From an uncultured Pseudomonadota bacterium (GTDB lineage Bacteria; Oederibacteriota; Muellerivitia; Muellerivitales; Muellerivitaceae), in NCBI GenBank assembly GCA_963843375.1, contig CAWJKT010000015.1, forward strand, positions 64,001-128,000: DNA of 64,000 bases. Direction: 5' to 3'. Below, piece after piece: positions 9,605-19,649 of the stretch. The translations under genes were made by a program, and so were the position numbers. The notes below the pieces were generated by a model that saw only the letters and a program-made list of their open reading frames with translations, ran no database searches and had not been told where the DNA came from. Within the stretch, counting starts at the first letter, position 1; the number at the start of each line of letters is the position of its first letter.

Positions 9605-10643
9605 GCTTGGCCGGACTGCGGAATGTTTGATTTTAATGTCGGCTATTTTTGCATTAGGAATTGGGTGCCGTTTGTGGGCGGCAACGGTAGAGGTGGAAAA
9701 TGAGGATGATGATATTTCCGTGATTCCCACGCCTGCGCCAAAGGCAATGAATCCCCAAGTGACTCCATCGAACGATAAAGGGGTTGATGCGGATATTGAA
9801 TTACAGGGCGAAGAAAAAGAAGTTTTGCCATCGCCAACACCCGTAAAAAAACCAGAGGTGGATACACCAACTCCGAGCGTTGTTGCAAATGAAAGCCAAG
9901 TGAAAAAAAATGAACAGTCGAATTCTATCGAATCGACCTTACCTCGGGTTCGGATCAATGATAATGTTGGTTTTTATTATTTTGTTTCCGCCGGTTTCAT
10001 GATTTCAGATAACGCCCAAATGCACTCCATAGGTAAAGTGATCGGGAACGCCGATACCAGCCTTAATTTCAGCATGCCCAAGAGAACTTATATTGAGTTG
10101 GCATCAGATCATTATGAAGTTAGGCCTGATGACTTATTAGTTGTTTTTCATTCGGTGCCGGCGTTTCATGATTCGCATTCCACATTTCCTGCATACCAAA
10201 TCGAAAATCTAGCCATTGTCAAAGTCATCGAAATTCAGAAAAGACGTGTGCTGGTTGAAGTAAAGGAATCTTTCCGGACTTTTCAGGACGGGGACTTAGT
10301 GGAGACTTATGAAAATGAGATTAAAAGATGGAAACAGGCTCAAATTAAAAAAGTCCTTCCTTCGCACCCCGTTAAATGTTTTGTAATGGGGGGGGAGTTA
10401 AGCCGCCAAAATTACGAACAAACAGATTTTATTTTTCTTTCCGCTGGCTCAAAAGCTGGTGTTGTGGAAGGCCAAAAATTTGAACTACGGGAAATTGACA
10501 ACACTGGTGCTATGGAAGAGCCTCTTCATGCGCTGCGAGGCGTCGCCCAAGTTATTTCTGCAGGACTAAGGTGCTCCACGGCACAAATCATTAGCAATAG
10601 TGAATCCATTAAAAAAGGTTTTGAAGCCGTTTACCAACCTTAG
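9594..10643 (+). CDS. Exported protein with a Pro/Thr-rich linker and a TsaP/FlgT-C-like beta domain (tentative)
   Basis: Signal peptide-like N-terminus, low-complexity linker and the motif DFIFLSAGSKAGVVEGQKF, which resembles C-terminal domains of TsaP/FlgT-like envelope proteins. No LysM domain seen. Confidence 0.45.
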   Translation: MPIKLGRTAECLILMSAIFALGIGCRLWAATVEVENEDDDISVIPTPAPKAMNPQVTPSNDKGVDADIELQGEEKEVLPSPTPVKKPEVDTPTPSVVANESQVKKNEQSNSIESTLPRVRINDNVGFYYFVSAGFMISDNAQMHSIGKVIGNADTSLNFSMPKRTYIELASDHYEVRPDDLLVVFHSVPAFHDSHSTFPAYQIENLAIVKVIEIQKRRVLVEVKESFRTFQDGDLVETYENEIKRWKQAQIKKVLPSHPVKCFVMGGELSRQNYEQTDFIFLSAGSKAGVVEGQKFELREIDNTGAMEEPLHALRGVAQVISAGLRCSTAQIISNSESIKKGFEAVYQP

Positions 10644-10673
10644 GAGGTTTTCGGACCCCGAGAGGAATCTCTC

Positions 10674-11531
10674 ATGACTGTGATGATAGAGGAAGATCAG
10701 AGTTTTAAAAAAATATTGGCTTTTCTTTTGCGCTCAAAAGGTTTCGACGGTAATCACTATAAAACTAATTACATCAAACGTCGAATCGCGGTTCGAATGA
10801 GGGTGGTCGGAGCTTCAACCTATACCGACTATTTAAAAATCCTCCAACATAACCTTGAAGAACCAGCCAGACTTCTGGACCGCCTGACAATCCACGTAAC
10901 AGAATTTTTTCGTGATCCGAGTGTTTATAAAGCGGTCCAAGAAAAAGTACTTCCCGGTTTTTTGGGAAAAGCAGGAAAAAAAATGAAAGTATGGTGCGCT
11001 GGCTGCAGTACCGGTGAGGAGCCCTATTCACTTGCGGGGCTGTTGAACGAATGGGTTTCTTCGAATCCGGAGTACTCTTTTCAAATATTTGCTACGGACA
11101 TTGACCTAAAAAGCATCAGCTTCGCTGAAAAAGGGGAGTATTCACGTGAGTCCTTGGTAAAGGTGCCCAAAGGGGGGCTGACCCGTTGGTTTCGTTCCGA
11201 TGGAACAAAGGTCTCAGTTTCATTTGAATTGAAGAATCATGTTCGATTCAGGGTACATGATTTGCTTGGGAAATGGATGGCAAGTTTGTCCGATTTCGAC
11301 CTCATCTTTTGCCGGAATCTTTTAATCTACCTTACTGGAAAACAACAACAAAAAATTTATGAACAGTTTTCAAACGCCCTAAATCCCCAAGGGTATCTTG
11401 TGCTAGGGCTTACGGAAACCCTTCTGGGGCCCGCTCGGAAATATTTCCATTGCGTGGATGTTAAACATCGTATTTATCAAACCCTGGATTCAAGCGGTGA
11501 ATTGGATTTGGAAAAGGATGCGAATGGATAA
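10674..11531 (+). CDS. cheR: Chemotaxis methyltransferase
   Basis: VTEFFRD, VWCAGCSTGEEPYSLA, ATDID, FDLIFCRNLLIY and GYLVLG motifs. Confidence 0.95.
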   Translation: MTVMIEEDQSFKKILAFLLRSKGFDGNHYKTNYIKRRIAVRMRVVGASTYTDYLKILQHNLEEPARLLDRLTIHVTEFFRDPSVYKAVQEKVLPGFLGKAGKKMKVWCAGCSTGEEPYSLAGLLNEWVSSNPEYSFQIFATDIDLKSISFAEKGEYSRESLVKVPKGGLTRWFRSDGTKVSVSFELKNHVRFRVHDLLGKWMASLSDFDLIFCRNLLIYLTGKQQQKIYEQFSNALNPQGYLVLGLTETLLGPARKYFHCVDVKHRIYQTLDSSGELDLEKDANG

Positions 11532-12696
11532 GGCACAAGAACACATCAATTTGGGGACGGCTTTTTCCCTTTCGCGTCGATTCGATGACGCCATCATTGA
11601 GTTCAAAAGAGCGTTGGAACTGAGTCCTTCTGACGCTGAGATACTTTTTCAATTGGGGGGACTCAGCACGAATGTTGGAAATTATGGGGAGGCGGAAAAT
11701 TATTACCGCCGCTCGCTTGAAATAAATCAAATGAATCTAAACGCACATTGCAAGCTGGGACTCCTTTTGGAAGTTCAGGGGAAATATCAGGAAGCTATTT
11801 TGGCGTTTCAGAAATCGGTTGAATTAAATCCTCTTGATGTCGGCCTTTACAATAACCTCGGAAATGTCTATTCCAAAATGGGGAAATACCAGGAGGCGAT
11901 TGGACAATACCAGAAATATATTGTTATCAATAAAAGTAACGCTGAGATTTACTTCAAATTGGGATATGCCTATGAACAAGCCGGTCAGTTGGAGGAGGCG
12001 ATTTCTTCTTACGAACGGGCTTTGATTACGAATCCGCGGCACGCCGCGGTTTACGCTATTTTGGGAAACGTTTATTTAAAAACCGGGAAATACAATGAGG
12101 CGATCGTTCAATACCATCAGGCCGTGAAATTTAACCCTAACGAACCGGAAGTTCATCTTAAACTCGGCCAAGCCTATATGTCACTTGGTCAATACGAAAA
12201 GGCGTTGGAGATTTTGAATCAGGCAAAAATAAAAAATCCCAACAACGCTGAAGTCTATTTGAAATTAGGAATGATTTACGCAAGTCGGGGTCAACATGAT
12301 GAGGCCATTCAAATGTATAGAAAAGTTATGGAAATCAACCCTAATGATGCAAGCGTTCACAATGTTTTGGGGTATATTTATGACAAGCAGGGCGACCTTC
12401 AGCGGGCTCGGGATGAGTATAAAGCCGCCAAGTTAATTAATCCAAACGATGTTCAGATTTTGGACAATTTAGGAAATTTGAGTTACAAACAGGGGAATTT
12501 TGACGAAGCGGTTGTCGAGTTTGAAAAACTGATAACTTTGAATCCTTCTCACCTGGACGCTCAGGCCAAACTGGGAAACATTTACATGAAAAAGGGCGAA
12601 AAAGAAAAAGCCATAGCTCATTGGGAGAAAGCATTGATACTCGATCCTTCGAATGATATTTTAAAAAATAATTTGAAAATTGTGCGAGGGAACTAA
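11524..12696 (+). CDS. All-TPR cytoplasmic protein
   Basis: Continuous 34-aa repeats (NNLGNVY..G.YQEAI, LNPND). No signal peptide or catalytic domain. Start overlaps the cheR stop (ATGGATAA). Confidence 0.9.
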   Translation: MDKAQEHINLGTAFSLSRRFDDAIIEFKRALELSPSDAEILFQLGGLSTNVGNYGEAENYYRRSLEINQMNLNAHCKLGLLLEVQGKYQEAILAFQKSVELNPLDVGLYNNLGNVYSKMGKYQEAIGQYQKYIVINKSNAEIYFKLGYAYEQAGQLEEAISSYERALITNPRHAAVYAILGNVYLKTGKYNEAIVQYHQAVKFNPNEPEVHLKLGQAYMSLGQYEKALEILNQAKIKNPNNAEVYLKLGMIYASRGQHDEAIQMYRKVMEINPNDASVHNVLGYIYDKQGDLQRARDEYKAAKLINPNDVQILDNLGNLSYKQGNFDEAVVEFEKLITLNPSHLDAQAKLGNIYMKKGEKEKAIAHWEKALILDPSNDILKNNLKIVRGN

Positions 12697-12699
12697 TTT

Positions 12700-13338
12700 A
12701 TGATGAAACCGCAAGAAAAATCATTGGGTGAGCTTCTTCGCCAAGCGGGAAAAATCACTTTTCGTCAAATTCAAGTGGCGTTAGGCGAACAAAAAAAAAC
12801 CCATGAACCGATTGGGAAAATTCTGATAAAGCTGGGTTTTGTCGAGGAACAAGACATATTGCAAGTCATGCAAGGGATGATGGTTTTGACCTTTCGTGTG
12901 GAAAAAGAATGGTATGGAATTGAAACATTTCGGGTTCGTGAAGTTTTAAAATACTCACCATTTCAATTGTTGGAAAATCCGAATGGGTCCTGGGTGGGAA
13001 CACTTTCTTTGCGAGGGAAAACTATTTCTGTTTTATCTTTTCGAACTTTTCTGGAAATGGGACAAGTTCAAAGTCCTGAGGGAACTTGGTTTATTGTTTT
13101 GGAAAAGAAAGGGAATCCATTTGTATTGTGGGTTGATCAGGTGAAAGAAGTCACGAGGTTTAAAATAGAACAAATTGAACCCTTGCCGCCTTATTTATTG
13201 GGTAAAAAAAACGACTTATATTATTGTTTGGGTAAAATAAAAGACGATCTTTATTCAATCTTAAATCCAGACAAATTAATCGACGATAACGGCGTTTTAC
13301 TGCCATCGTCAGGGGTTGGTTATGCCTACCCGACCTGA
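12700..13338 (+). CDS. MshEN-like domain fused to a CheW domain
   Basis: Two 24-aa MshEN-type repeats separated by 5 aa, followed by a CheW fold (LTFRV..YGI...VREV...GTLSLRGKTISVL...LWVDQVKEV). Confidence 0.8.
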   Translation: MMKPQEKSLGELLRQAGKITFRQIQVALGEQKKTHEPIGKILIKLGFVEEQDILQVMQGMMVLTFRVEKEWYGIETFRVREVLKYSPFQLLENPNGSWVGTLSLRGKTISVLSFRTFLEMGQVQSPEGTWFIVLEKKGNPFVLWVDQVKEVTRFKIEQIEPLPPYLLGKKNDLYYCLGKIKDDLYSILNPDKLIDDNGVLLPSSGVGYAYPT

Positions 13339-15535
13339 AACTAAAACTATCCGTGAACTTGCCCATGGAAGCGATCAAGGGGACGCTTCTACTCACAATA
13401 ATTTGGGCGTATTTTATTATTCCAAAGGGATGTATGCCGAGGCCATAAAAGAATTTAAAACGGCTTTGGAAGTGGATCCGGAAAACAATCAAGCGCAAGA
13501 AAACTTGAAGGCCGTGAACCGTCATACAGGGCTTTATGATAGGTCGATCGAGGCTTACAAAAAATCAGTCCAAATGTTTCCCCAGGATGCCGAGGCTTAT
13601 TACAATCTGGCCAATGCATATCGTTATACCGGTCAATATGAAAAGGCCATCGAGGAGTATCGAAAGTCGCTCCAATTAAATCCGGACCATCCTTTTGCCA
13701 GGAATTATTTGGGGATTGCTAACAAATGCTTAGGCAGGTTTGATGAAGCACTGGCCGAATTTCGAAAGGCCATTGAAAAAAATCCTTTTTTTGCCGACCT
13801 TCATAATAATTTGGGCGAGGTTTATTATAAAAAAACTATGATCAACGAGGCATTGATCGAGTTTAAAAAAGCTATTTCCCTAAATCCTGATTATGCCATT
13901 GCCCATTACAATTTAAGTTTTGTTTATGGCGACAAAAATATGCTTCAAGAAGCGGAACGAGAATTCAAAAAAGCCGTAGATTTGAATCCGAATTTTGGTC
14001 AAGGATCACAGGCACTTTTGGCTATTGAACGCCCTAAAACCTTGGAAGAAAGGGTAGCGGAGAAAGTCGCAGCAAATCCCGCCGAACACAATGGAGTCGA
14101 TACTTATTTGAGCTTAGCTTCCGCATATAAAGGAAAGGGGTTATTGGACGAGGCTATTCGGGAATATAAACGGGCCATCGAGGCCGTTCCTGGACAAGAA
14201 AAACTTTATCGCGCCTTAGGAGAAATATATCTTGTTAAAGGGATGTTGGAGGACTCCTTAGCGGCTTCCCAAAAAGCCATCGAATTGGCTCCCAAGAATG
14301 TTGAAAACTATATTCAAACAGGGATTGCTTTAAGAGAACTTAATCGAACGGACCAAGCCGCAAAACAGTTTCTAACGGCCATACAAATATCACCTGGATC
14401 TAGTATGGGCCATTTTGAACTGGGAGTGACCTACTTTAAAATGGGTGAAAGTGAAAAGGCGACCCAACAGGTGCGGGAAGCATTGGAAATCGATCCTCAA
14501 AATGCCGAAGCCCATTATTATCTTGGAGTTTATTACTACAAAGTGAATTTATATGACGAAGCCATTCGTGAAATTTCACAAGCCATTGATTTAAATGTTT
14601 CTATCGCATCCAGCGCTGAAGCGTTGACCTATCTGGGATTGGCTTTATCCGATAAGGGACGGTTTGAGGAAGCGATCGCGGAATATAAAAAAGCGATGGA
14701 GTTTGACCCCAAAAATCCGATAATTCACAATAGCTTAGGAGTTGCTTACAAGAATGCAGGTATGATTCAAGAATCCATTGCACATTACCAAAAGGCCATT
14801 GAACTTAACCCCCAATACGCAAAAGCCTACAATAATTTAGGCGTTGTTTACTTTAAAATGAGCCAATACGAGAGGGCCATTGAAGCATTCAAAAAAGCGG
14901 TTGAAATTGAACCGCTTTATAAAACAGCGCAAAATAATTTGGCCGTTGCCCTGAAAAAGAAGAATGTCCTGTCGGAAGCATCGGAAGTTCTTATTAAACA
15001 AATTATGGCGGATCCCGAAAACGCTTCTCTCCATTTCAATTTAGGAATTCTTTATAAGAATACTGGGCAGTTTTTGGAGGCCGTTAGGGAATTTCAAGAA
15101 ACGGTTCGATTAGTTCCGAAGAATCGTGAGGCTCTTACAAATTTAGGTGAAGTTTATTTGAACTTGGAAATGTTGGATGATGCCATAAAGGTTTTGGCAC
15201 GCGCAGTGTCCTGTGATGTTCAATTTCCGGAAGCTCATTTACAACTGGGCAAGGTCTACATTCGGCGCAAATGGTGGGACGAGGCGCTAGTTGAACTTAG
15301 AAAAGCAGAGGAGCTTAAACCGGAATTGAATGAGGTTCATTTTTATTTGGGGCAGGTGTATAGGTTTAAAAGTTGGTGGGATGAAGCGGTTGTCGAGTTT
15401 CAGAAATATATGGACTCCCATAGCCCTGAAGAAGATAAGGTGATTCAATCGATTGACATGCTTCAACAGATACAAGTTTGGAAAAGAGAACTACAGATTT
15501 CTCCCAGCGCCGATAAATCGAAATTGATTAAATAG
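13322..15535 (+). CDS. Large all-TPR cytoplasmic protein
   Basis: Long run of 34-aa TPRs with repeated HNNLG/YNNLG. Overlaps the upstream gene and has no other recognisable domain. Confidence 0.9.
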   Translation: MPTRPETKTIRELAHGSDQGDASTHNNLGVFYYSKGMYAEAIKEFKTALEVDPENNQAQENLKAVNRHTGLYDRSIEAYKKSVQMFPQDAEAYYNLANAYRYTGQYEKAIEEYRKSLQLNPDHPFARNYLGIANKCLGRFDEALAEFRKAIEKNPFFADLHNNLGEVYYKKTMINEALIEFKKAISLNPDYAIAHYNLSFVYGDKNMLQEAEREFKKAVDLNPNFGQGSQALLAIERPKTLEERVAEKVAANPAEHNGVDTYLSLASAYKGKGLLDEAIREYKRAIEAVPGQEKLYRALGEIYLVKGMLEDSLAASQKAIELAPKNVENYIQTGIALRELNRTDQAAKQFLTAIQISPGSSMGHFELGVTYFKMGESEKATQQVREALEIDPQNAEAHYYLGVYYYKVNLYDEAIREISQAIDLNVSIASSAEALTYLGLALSDKGRFEEAIAEYKKAMEFDPKNPIIHNSLGVAYKNAGMIQESIAHYQKAIELNPQYAKAYNNLGVVYFKMSQYERAIEAFKKAVEIEPLYKTAQNNLAVALKKKNVLSEASEVLIKQIMADPENASLHFNLGILYKNTGQFLEAVREFQETVRLVPKNREALTNLGEVYLNLEMLDDAIKVLARAVSCDVQFPEAHLQLGKVYIRRKWWDEALVELRKAEELKPELNEVHFYLGQVYRFKSWWDEAVVEFQKYMDSHSPEEDKVIQSIDMLQQIQVWKRELQISPSADKSKLIK

Positions 15536-15546
15536 TAAGGATATTC

Positions 15547-15885
15547 ATGAAATTGCTTGTTTGTATTATTTCGCCCAAAAAAATTGAACAAGTTAAAAAG
15601 ACTTTATGGGAAGCTGGAGTTCGAGGAGTAACCTTGTCGGAGGGGTATGGTTTTGGATATCAAAGGGTTCAGGTAGAAGCGATAAAAGGGGCGGATTATA
15701 AAGTCCAATACCAGCCGAGAATACGTGTTGAAATTGCATTGCCTAATAATGAAGTTGAAAAAGTGCTTGAACTGCTTTTGGAAACAGTCCGGACGGGTCG
15801 AATTGGAGATGGAAAATTCTTTATCTTACCTCTTGAGGATGCGATTCGTGTTCGCACGGGTGAACGGGGCGAAGGTACTCTTTAA
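15547..15885 (+). CDS. PII-family (GlnB/GlnK-like) signal transduction protein with non-canonical residues
   Basis: 112 aa, colinear with E. coli GlnB. GFG.Q T-loop, GADY (Y51), B-loop TGRIGDGK and C-loop IRVRTGERG are present. Confidence 0.92.
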   Translation: MKLLVCIISPKKIEQVKKTLWEAGVRGVTLSEGYGFGYQRVQVEAIKGADYKVQYQPRIRVEIALPNNEVEKVLELLLETVRTGRIGDGKFFILPLEDAIRVRTGERGEGTL

Positions 15886-16003
15886 TAGGTTTTTATTGAT
15901 TGGCATAAAGCTTAAAATTTAAAAAGGTTTTCATTTTTCAACAAAACAATTAACATCAGTTTGGATCGGAACTACAAATTTATTCGTTTTTAGGGAGGGT
16001 GAA

Positions 16004-16366
16004 GTGGCACATCGAGTTATGCTCGTTGATGATGCGTCTTTCATGAGAATGATGCTGAAAAACATTCTTGTGGGATCCGGATATGAAATTATTGGTGAGG
16101 CTGAAAACGGGGCCAAAGCGGTTGAACAATATAAGAGCCTGAAACCGGATTTAACAATCATGGATATTATCATGCCTGAAATGGGTGGTATTGATGCGGT
16201 ACGGGAAATTGTAAAAATAAATCCTTCCGCAAAAATTCTAATGTGTAGCTCCATGGGTCAACAATCATTAGTGGTGGAAGCAATTCAAGCTGGGGCCAAA
16301 GATTTTATTGTCAAACCTTTTCAACCATCCAACGTATTGGAGGCTGTTAAAAAGGCATTGGGTTAA
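16004..16366 (+). CDS. cheY: Chemotaxis response regulator CheY
   Basis: VDDASFMR, MDIIMPEM, SSMGQQ and KDFIVKPF. GTG start after SD GGGAGG. Confidence 0.93.
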   Translation: MAHRVMLVDDASFMRMMLKNILVGSGYEIIGEAENGAKAVEQYKSLKPDLTIMDIIMPEMGGIDAVREIVKINPSAKILMCSSMGQQSLVVEAIQAGAKDFIVKPFQPSNVLEAVKKALG

Positions 16367-16414
16367 ACCTAAAGCACTTTAAAGTCTATTCGGTTAAACA
16401 AAGTGGGTGGCGCG

Positions 16415-17054
16415 ATGGGAATAGAATCTGAAATTTTCAGTGATTTTCAATTGGATGCTTTGCGGGAAATCGGAAATGTTGGAGCCGGAAACGCCGCCAC
16501 TGCTCTTTCTCAAATGGTCGGGCGCCGAGTCGATATGTCGGTAACAAAGGTTTTGGTTTTGCCAACCGATGGCATTGCGGGTTTTTTAGGCGGGTTGGAT
16601 CAAAATGTGGCTGCGGTTCATATGCCCATCTATGGAGAAGTTTGCGGTATTTCCCTTGTGTTCTTTCCACTGGATAGAATCAATGAGCTTTGTGGGATGT
16701 TGATCGGAAAAGTAGAAAAAGATCCATTCCATTTGTCCGAATTGGGCCAATCCGCCATTAAGGAACTTGGAAGCATACTAACGGGTTCCTATTTAAGCGC
16801 TTTGTTCAGGTTTGTCCATATTCAAATGATCCATGGTGTTCCTGGGCTTGGCGTTAGATATGGCGCAAGCCGTGCTTGATACGGTTTTGGTGGAATTAGA
16901 GCAAAAAGAAGAAATCGCCATCGTGATTGAAACAGAATTTCTTGAAAATGAAAAACAATTAACAGGTAGTTTTTTCCTTTTGCCGGAAGCCGGGTCTTTG
17001 AAAAAATTGTTTATTGCTTTTTCAAAATCACTTGGAATTCCTGGGAATGCCTGA
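16415..17054 (+). CDS. cheC: CheC phosphatase (apparent frameshift at ~16845, probable sequencing error)
   Basis: DALREIGNVGAGNAATALS. Removing one G from GGG at 16844-16846 joins it to ALDMAQAVL..IETEF..GSFFLLP. Confidence 0.88.
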
Positions 17055-17533
17055 AGAAAACTGGATTGTTGGCATCGCGGAATATAAGGTAACCCACAGC
17101 CCAAACAGGCTAGTGGCTTATGGTCTGGGTTCTTGCGTGGGGGCTATACTTTGCGATCTCCAGGCTAAAGTTGGCGGGTTGGCTCATATCATGCTTCCCT
17201 CAAGCCGTCTTTATGTTCAGACGGAATTTCCTGGTAAGTTTGCCGATACTGCGATTGACATGTTAGTAAATGAGATGGAAAAATTGGGGAGCTGTCCAAA
17301 AAATATTTTCTCCAAAATTGTTGGTGGCGCAAATATGTTTTCTTCGATCTCGCAAAATTCAGTTCCGATTGGGTTGCGTAACGTTTCTGCTGTTCGTGAA
17401 AAGTTGCAGCAGCGAAACATCCCTATTTTGGCCGAACAAGTGGGGGGGACCCAGGGAAGAACAGTCTTATTTGATATTGAGACCGGAAAGAGTTGAAATA
17501 CGGAAATTAAATCAATTTTCGGAATGGATTTGA
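17047..17533 (+). CDS. cheD: Chemoreceptor glutamine deamidase CheD (apparent frameshift at ~17488)
   Basis: VGIAEY, GLGSCVG (catalytic Cys), GGLAHIMLP (His), KFADTA, GGANMF, IGLRN and GGTQGRT. Confidence 0.92.
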
Positions 17534-17546
17534 TCGGAAGTGTGAA

Positions 17547-18079
17547 TTGAGTGTTTCGTTATCGGAAGTATCTAATAGTTTCCAGGTTAGCGATGAATTC
17601 CAATGGGTTGTTTTCTGCATAGCTGGATCCGAGATGAGTGTTGGGATCAGTCATGTTCGGGAAATAATCCGTGTGGGCGAAATAACTCGAATGCCAAGGG
17701 CTCCCAAATTTTTGGAAGGAATCATCAATCTGCGAGGACGTATTATCCCCGTTTTAGACTTGAAAAGACGTTTTAATATGCCACTTGTGGATTCGACAAG
17801 TGAATCACGGATATTAGTAGTTGAAATTGAAGACCAAATGTTAGGTCTTTTAGTGGATAAGATTTTAGAAGTCATAAAAGTTTCTGTCGCAAATGTCGCT
17901 CCGCCAAAAGAGACGACATTGAATATCGGCCCCGAGTATCATAAATGGAGTGCTGACTTTGGATCGTCGAAAAATTCTTATTTTTGAACTTGCTGAAGCT
18001 TTTTGTATTTGAGGATATGAAATTATTTTCGGATTCTGAGGCGGGTTCTTTTGGGGAGGGAAAAACCATTGGCCATTAA
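17547..18079 (+). CDS. cheW: CheW coupling protein (apparent frameshifts at ~17940 and ~17983)
   Basis: VREIIR..ITRMPRAPKFLEGIINLRGRIIPVLDL and GLLVDKI. The C-terminus continues in shifted frames (YINGV..ILILNLLKLF). Confidence 0.88.
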
Positions 18080-18434
18080 AGTATTATTCGTGGATGATTC
18101 TTCTTTCATGAGAACTGTTCTGAAAGGGATTATTCTAAAAGACCCTTTTGAACTTGCAGGAGAGGCTGGAACCGGTAAAGATGCCGTGGATCTTTATAAG
18201 AAGTTAAAACCTGATCTCGTCACCATGGATATCGTGATGCCGGAAATGAACGGTATAGACGCCGTAAAAGAGATTCGACTCTTTGACTCGCAAGCGAAAA
18301 TCATTATGGTAAGTGCGATGGGGCAACAGAATATGGTGATTGATTCTATACAGGCAGGTGCCAGGGATTTCATAATTAAACCCTTTCAGCCACCGCGCGT
18401 CCACGAAGCTTTGAAGCGGGTAATTGGTATTTAA
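18069..18434 (+). CDS. cheY: Second CheY response regulator
   Basis: VDDSSFMR, MDIVMPEMNG, SAMGQQ and DFIIKPF. TTG start after SD GGGGAGG. Confidence 0.92.
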   Translation: MAIKVLFVDDSSFMRTVLKGIILKDPFELAGEAGTGKDAVDLYKKLKPDLVTMDIVMPEMNGIDAVKEIRLFDSQAKIIMVSAMGQQNMVIDSIQAGARDFIIKPFQPPRVHEALKRVIGI

Positions 18435-18464
18435 GATGTATATATCAGGCCTTAGGAATTCTTT

Positions 18465-19577
18465 ATGATGCCTGAAAAATCCTCCACCATTAAAGTTTTG
18501 GTCGTCGATGACTCCTACTTCATGCGAAAAATGCTTCAGGATATCTTGGCGGATTCAAGCGATGTTATCCGTGTAGTGGACACCGCTAAAAACGGTTTGG
18601 AGGCAATTGAAAAGACTAAAAAATTAAAACCTGATGTTATTACCATGGATGTCGAAATGCCTCGGATGGATGGTTTGGTGGCTCTTGAAAAGATTATGCG
18701 GGAACGACCGACCCCAGTGATCATGCTCTCGAGCCACACAGGAAAAGGTAGCGAAGCCACTATTCGGGCGCTGGAATTAGGAGCCGTTGATTTTATCGAA
18801 AAGCCGGTCGGCAGGATCTTGGAAAATGTTCGGGACATTCAAGGTGAATTGATTGAGAAAATTAAGATGGCGTCCCTAAGCAGGCCAAGATACTTTCCTC
18901 CATCGAGTCCAGAAGTTGAAACTAAAAGTTCAATAAAAAACCGTCCGCAGGTGAGCGGGGCTTCATCAAACGGTATCAAAAGTGAAAATCGGGCGACTTT
19001 TATTGTTGCAATCGCCTCGTCGACGGGCGGTCCCCGCGCACTGAACGAGCTTTTTTCTCGAATAACTGGAAATTCAACTTCGGCTTTCGTAATTGTGCAA
19101 CATATATCCGTTGGATTTACCAAGGCTTTAGCCCGAAGGTTAGGGGAAGTGAGCCCATTAGTATTTTCAGAAGCAATAGAAAATGGTTACTTGAAAGCAG
19201 GATGTGTTTATCTCGCGCCTGGGGGATGTCATCTCGTTTTAGAGGGGTTGCCCGGCAATTTTCGATTTGCCTTTGACGACTCTCCTCCCCGTTTAGGCGT
19301 CAAGCCCTCGGCGGATATTACAATGGCCTCCGTGGCAAAGGTTGCTCCAAAAAAATGTTTGGGAGTTGTTTTAACAGGAATGGGCCGGGATGGAACTATT
19401 GGTTTAAAAAGTATACGAGCTGTTGGTGGAAAAACGTTTGCTCAAGATGCAGAGAGTTGTGTTGTCTATGGCATGCCTAAATCTGCGATGGATGCCAAAG
19501 TGATAGATCGACAATTGCCAATAGCCGCAATTGCGGCTGAAATCAATGCCTTTTTAAGCCACCAAATTGAACTCTAG
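18465..19577 (+). CDS. cheB: Chemotaxis methylesterase CheB (REC + methylesterase)
   Basis: REC domain (VDDS, MDVEMPRMDG). Catalytic triad motifs ASSTGGP, VQH and LTGMGRDG are intact; YGMPK present. Confidence 0.95.
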   Translation: MMPEKSSTIKVLVVDDSYFMRKMLQDILADSSDVIRVVDTAKNGLEAIEKTKKLKPDVITMDVEMPRMDGLVALEKIMRERPTPVIMLSSHTGKGSEATIRALELGAVDFIEKPVGRILENVRDIQGELIEKIKMASLSRPRYFPPSSPEVETKSSIKNRPQVSGASSNGIKSENRATFIVAIASSTGGPRALNELFSRITGNSTSAFVIVQHISVGFTKALARRLGEVSPLVFSEAIENGYLKAGCVYLAPGGCHLVLEGLPGNFRFAFDDSPPRLGVKPSADITMASVAKVAPKKCLGVVLTGMGRDGTIGLKSIRAVGGKTFAQDAESCVVYGMPKSAMDAKVIDRQLPIAAIAAEINAFLSHQIEL

Positions 19578-19649
19578 TGACGGAATGTCATAACCAATGG
19601 TTTAAAATACATAAGGTGATTTGGACTTTGTTATTGACGGGAGCTTTTA

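Noticed and set aside
10674..12696. CheR-TPR fusion split by a read error
   Set aside because: CheR is full length, and the TPR gene has its own SD-like AAGGA and an ATGGATAA start/stop overlap typical of coupled separate genes.
15490..15516. Perfect sigma28 -10 (GCCGATAA at 15509-15516) just upstream of the PII gene
   Set aside because: There is no TAAA at the required 15-nt spacing, and the site lies within TPR coding sequence (codons for A-D-K).
15900..15915. Sigma54-like TTGGCAT upstream of cheY
   Set aside because: The -12 GC is missing (AA at that position).
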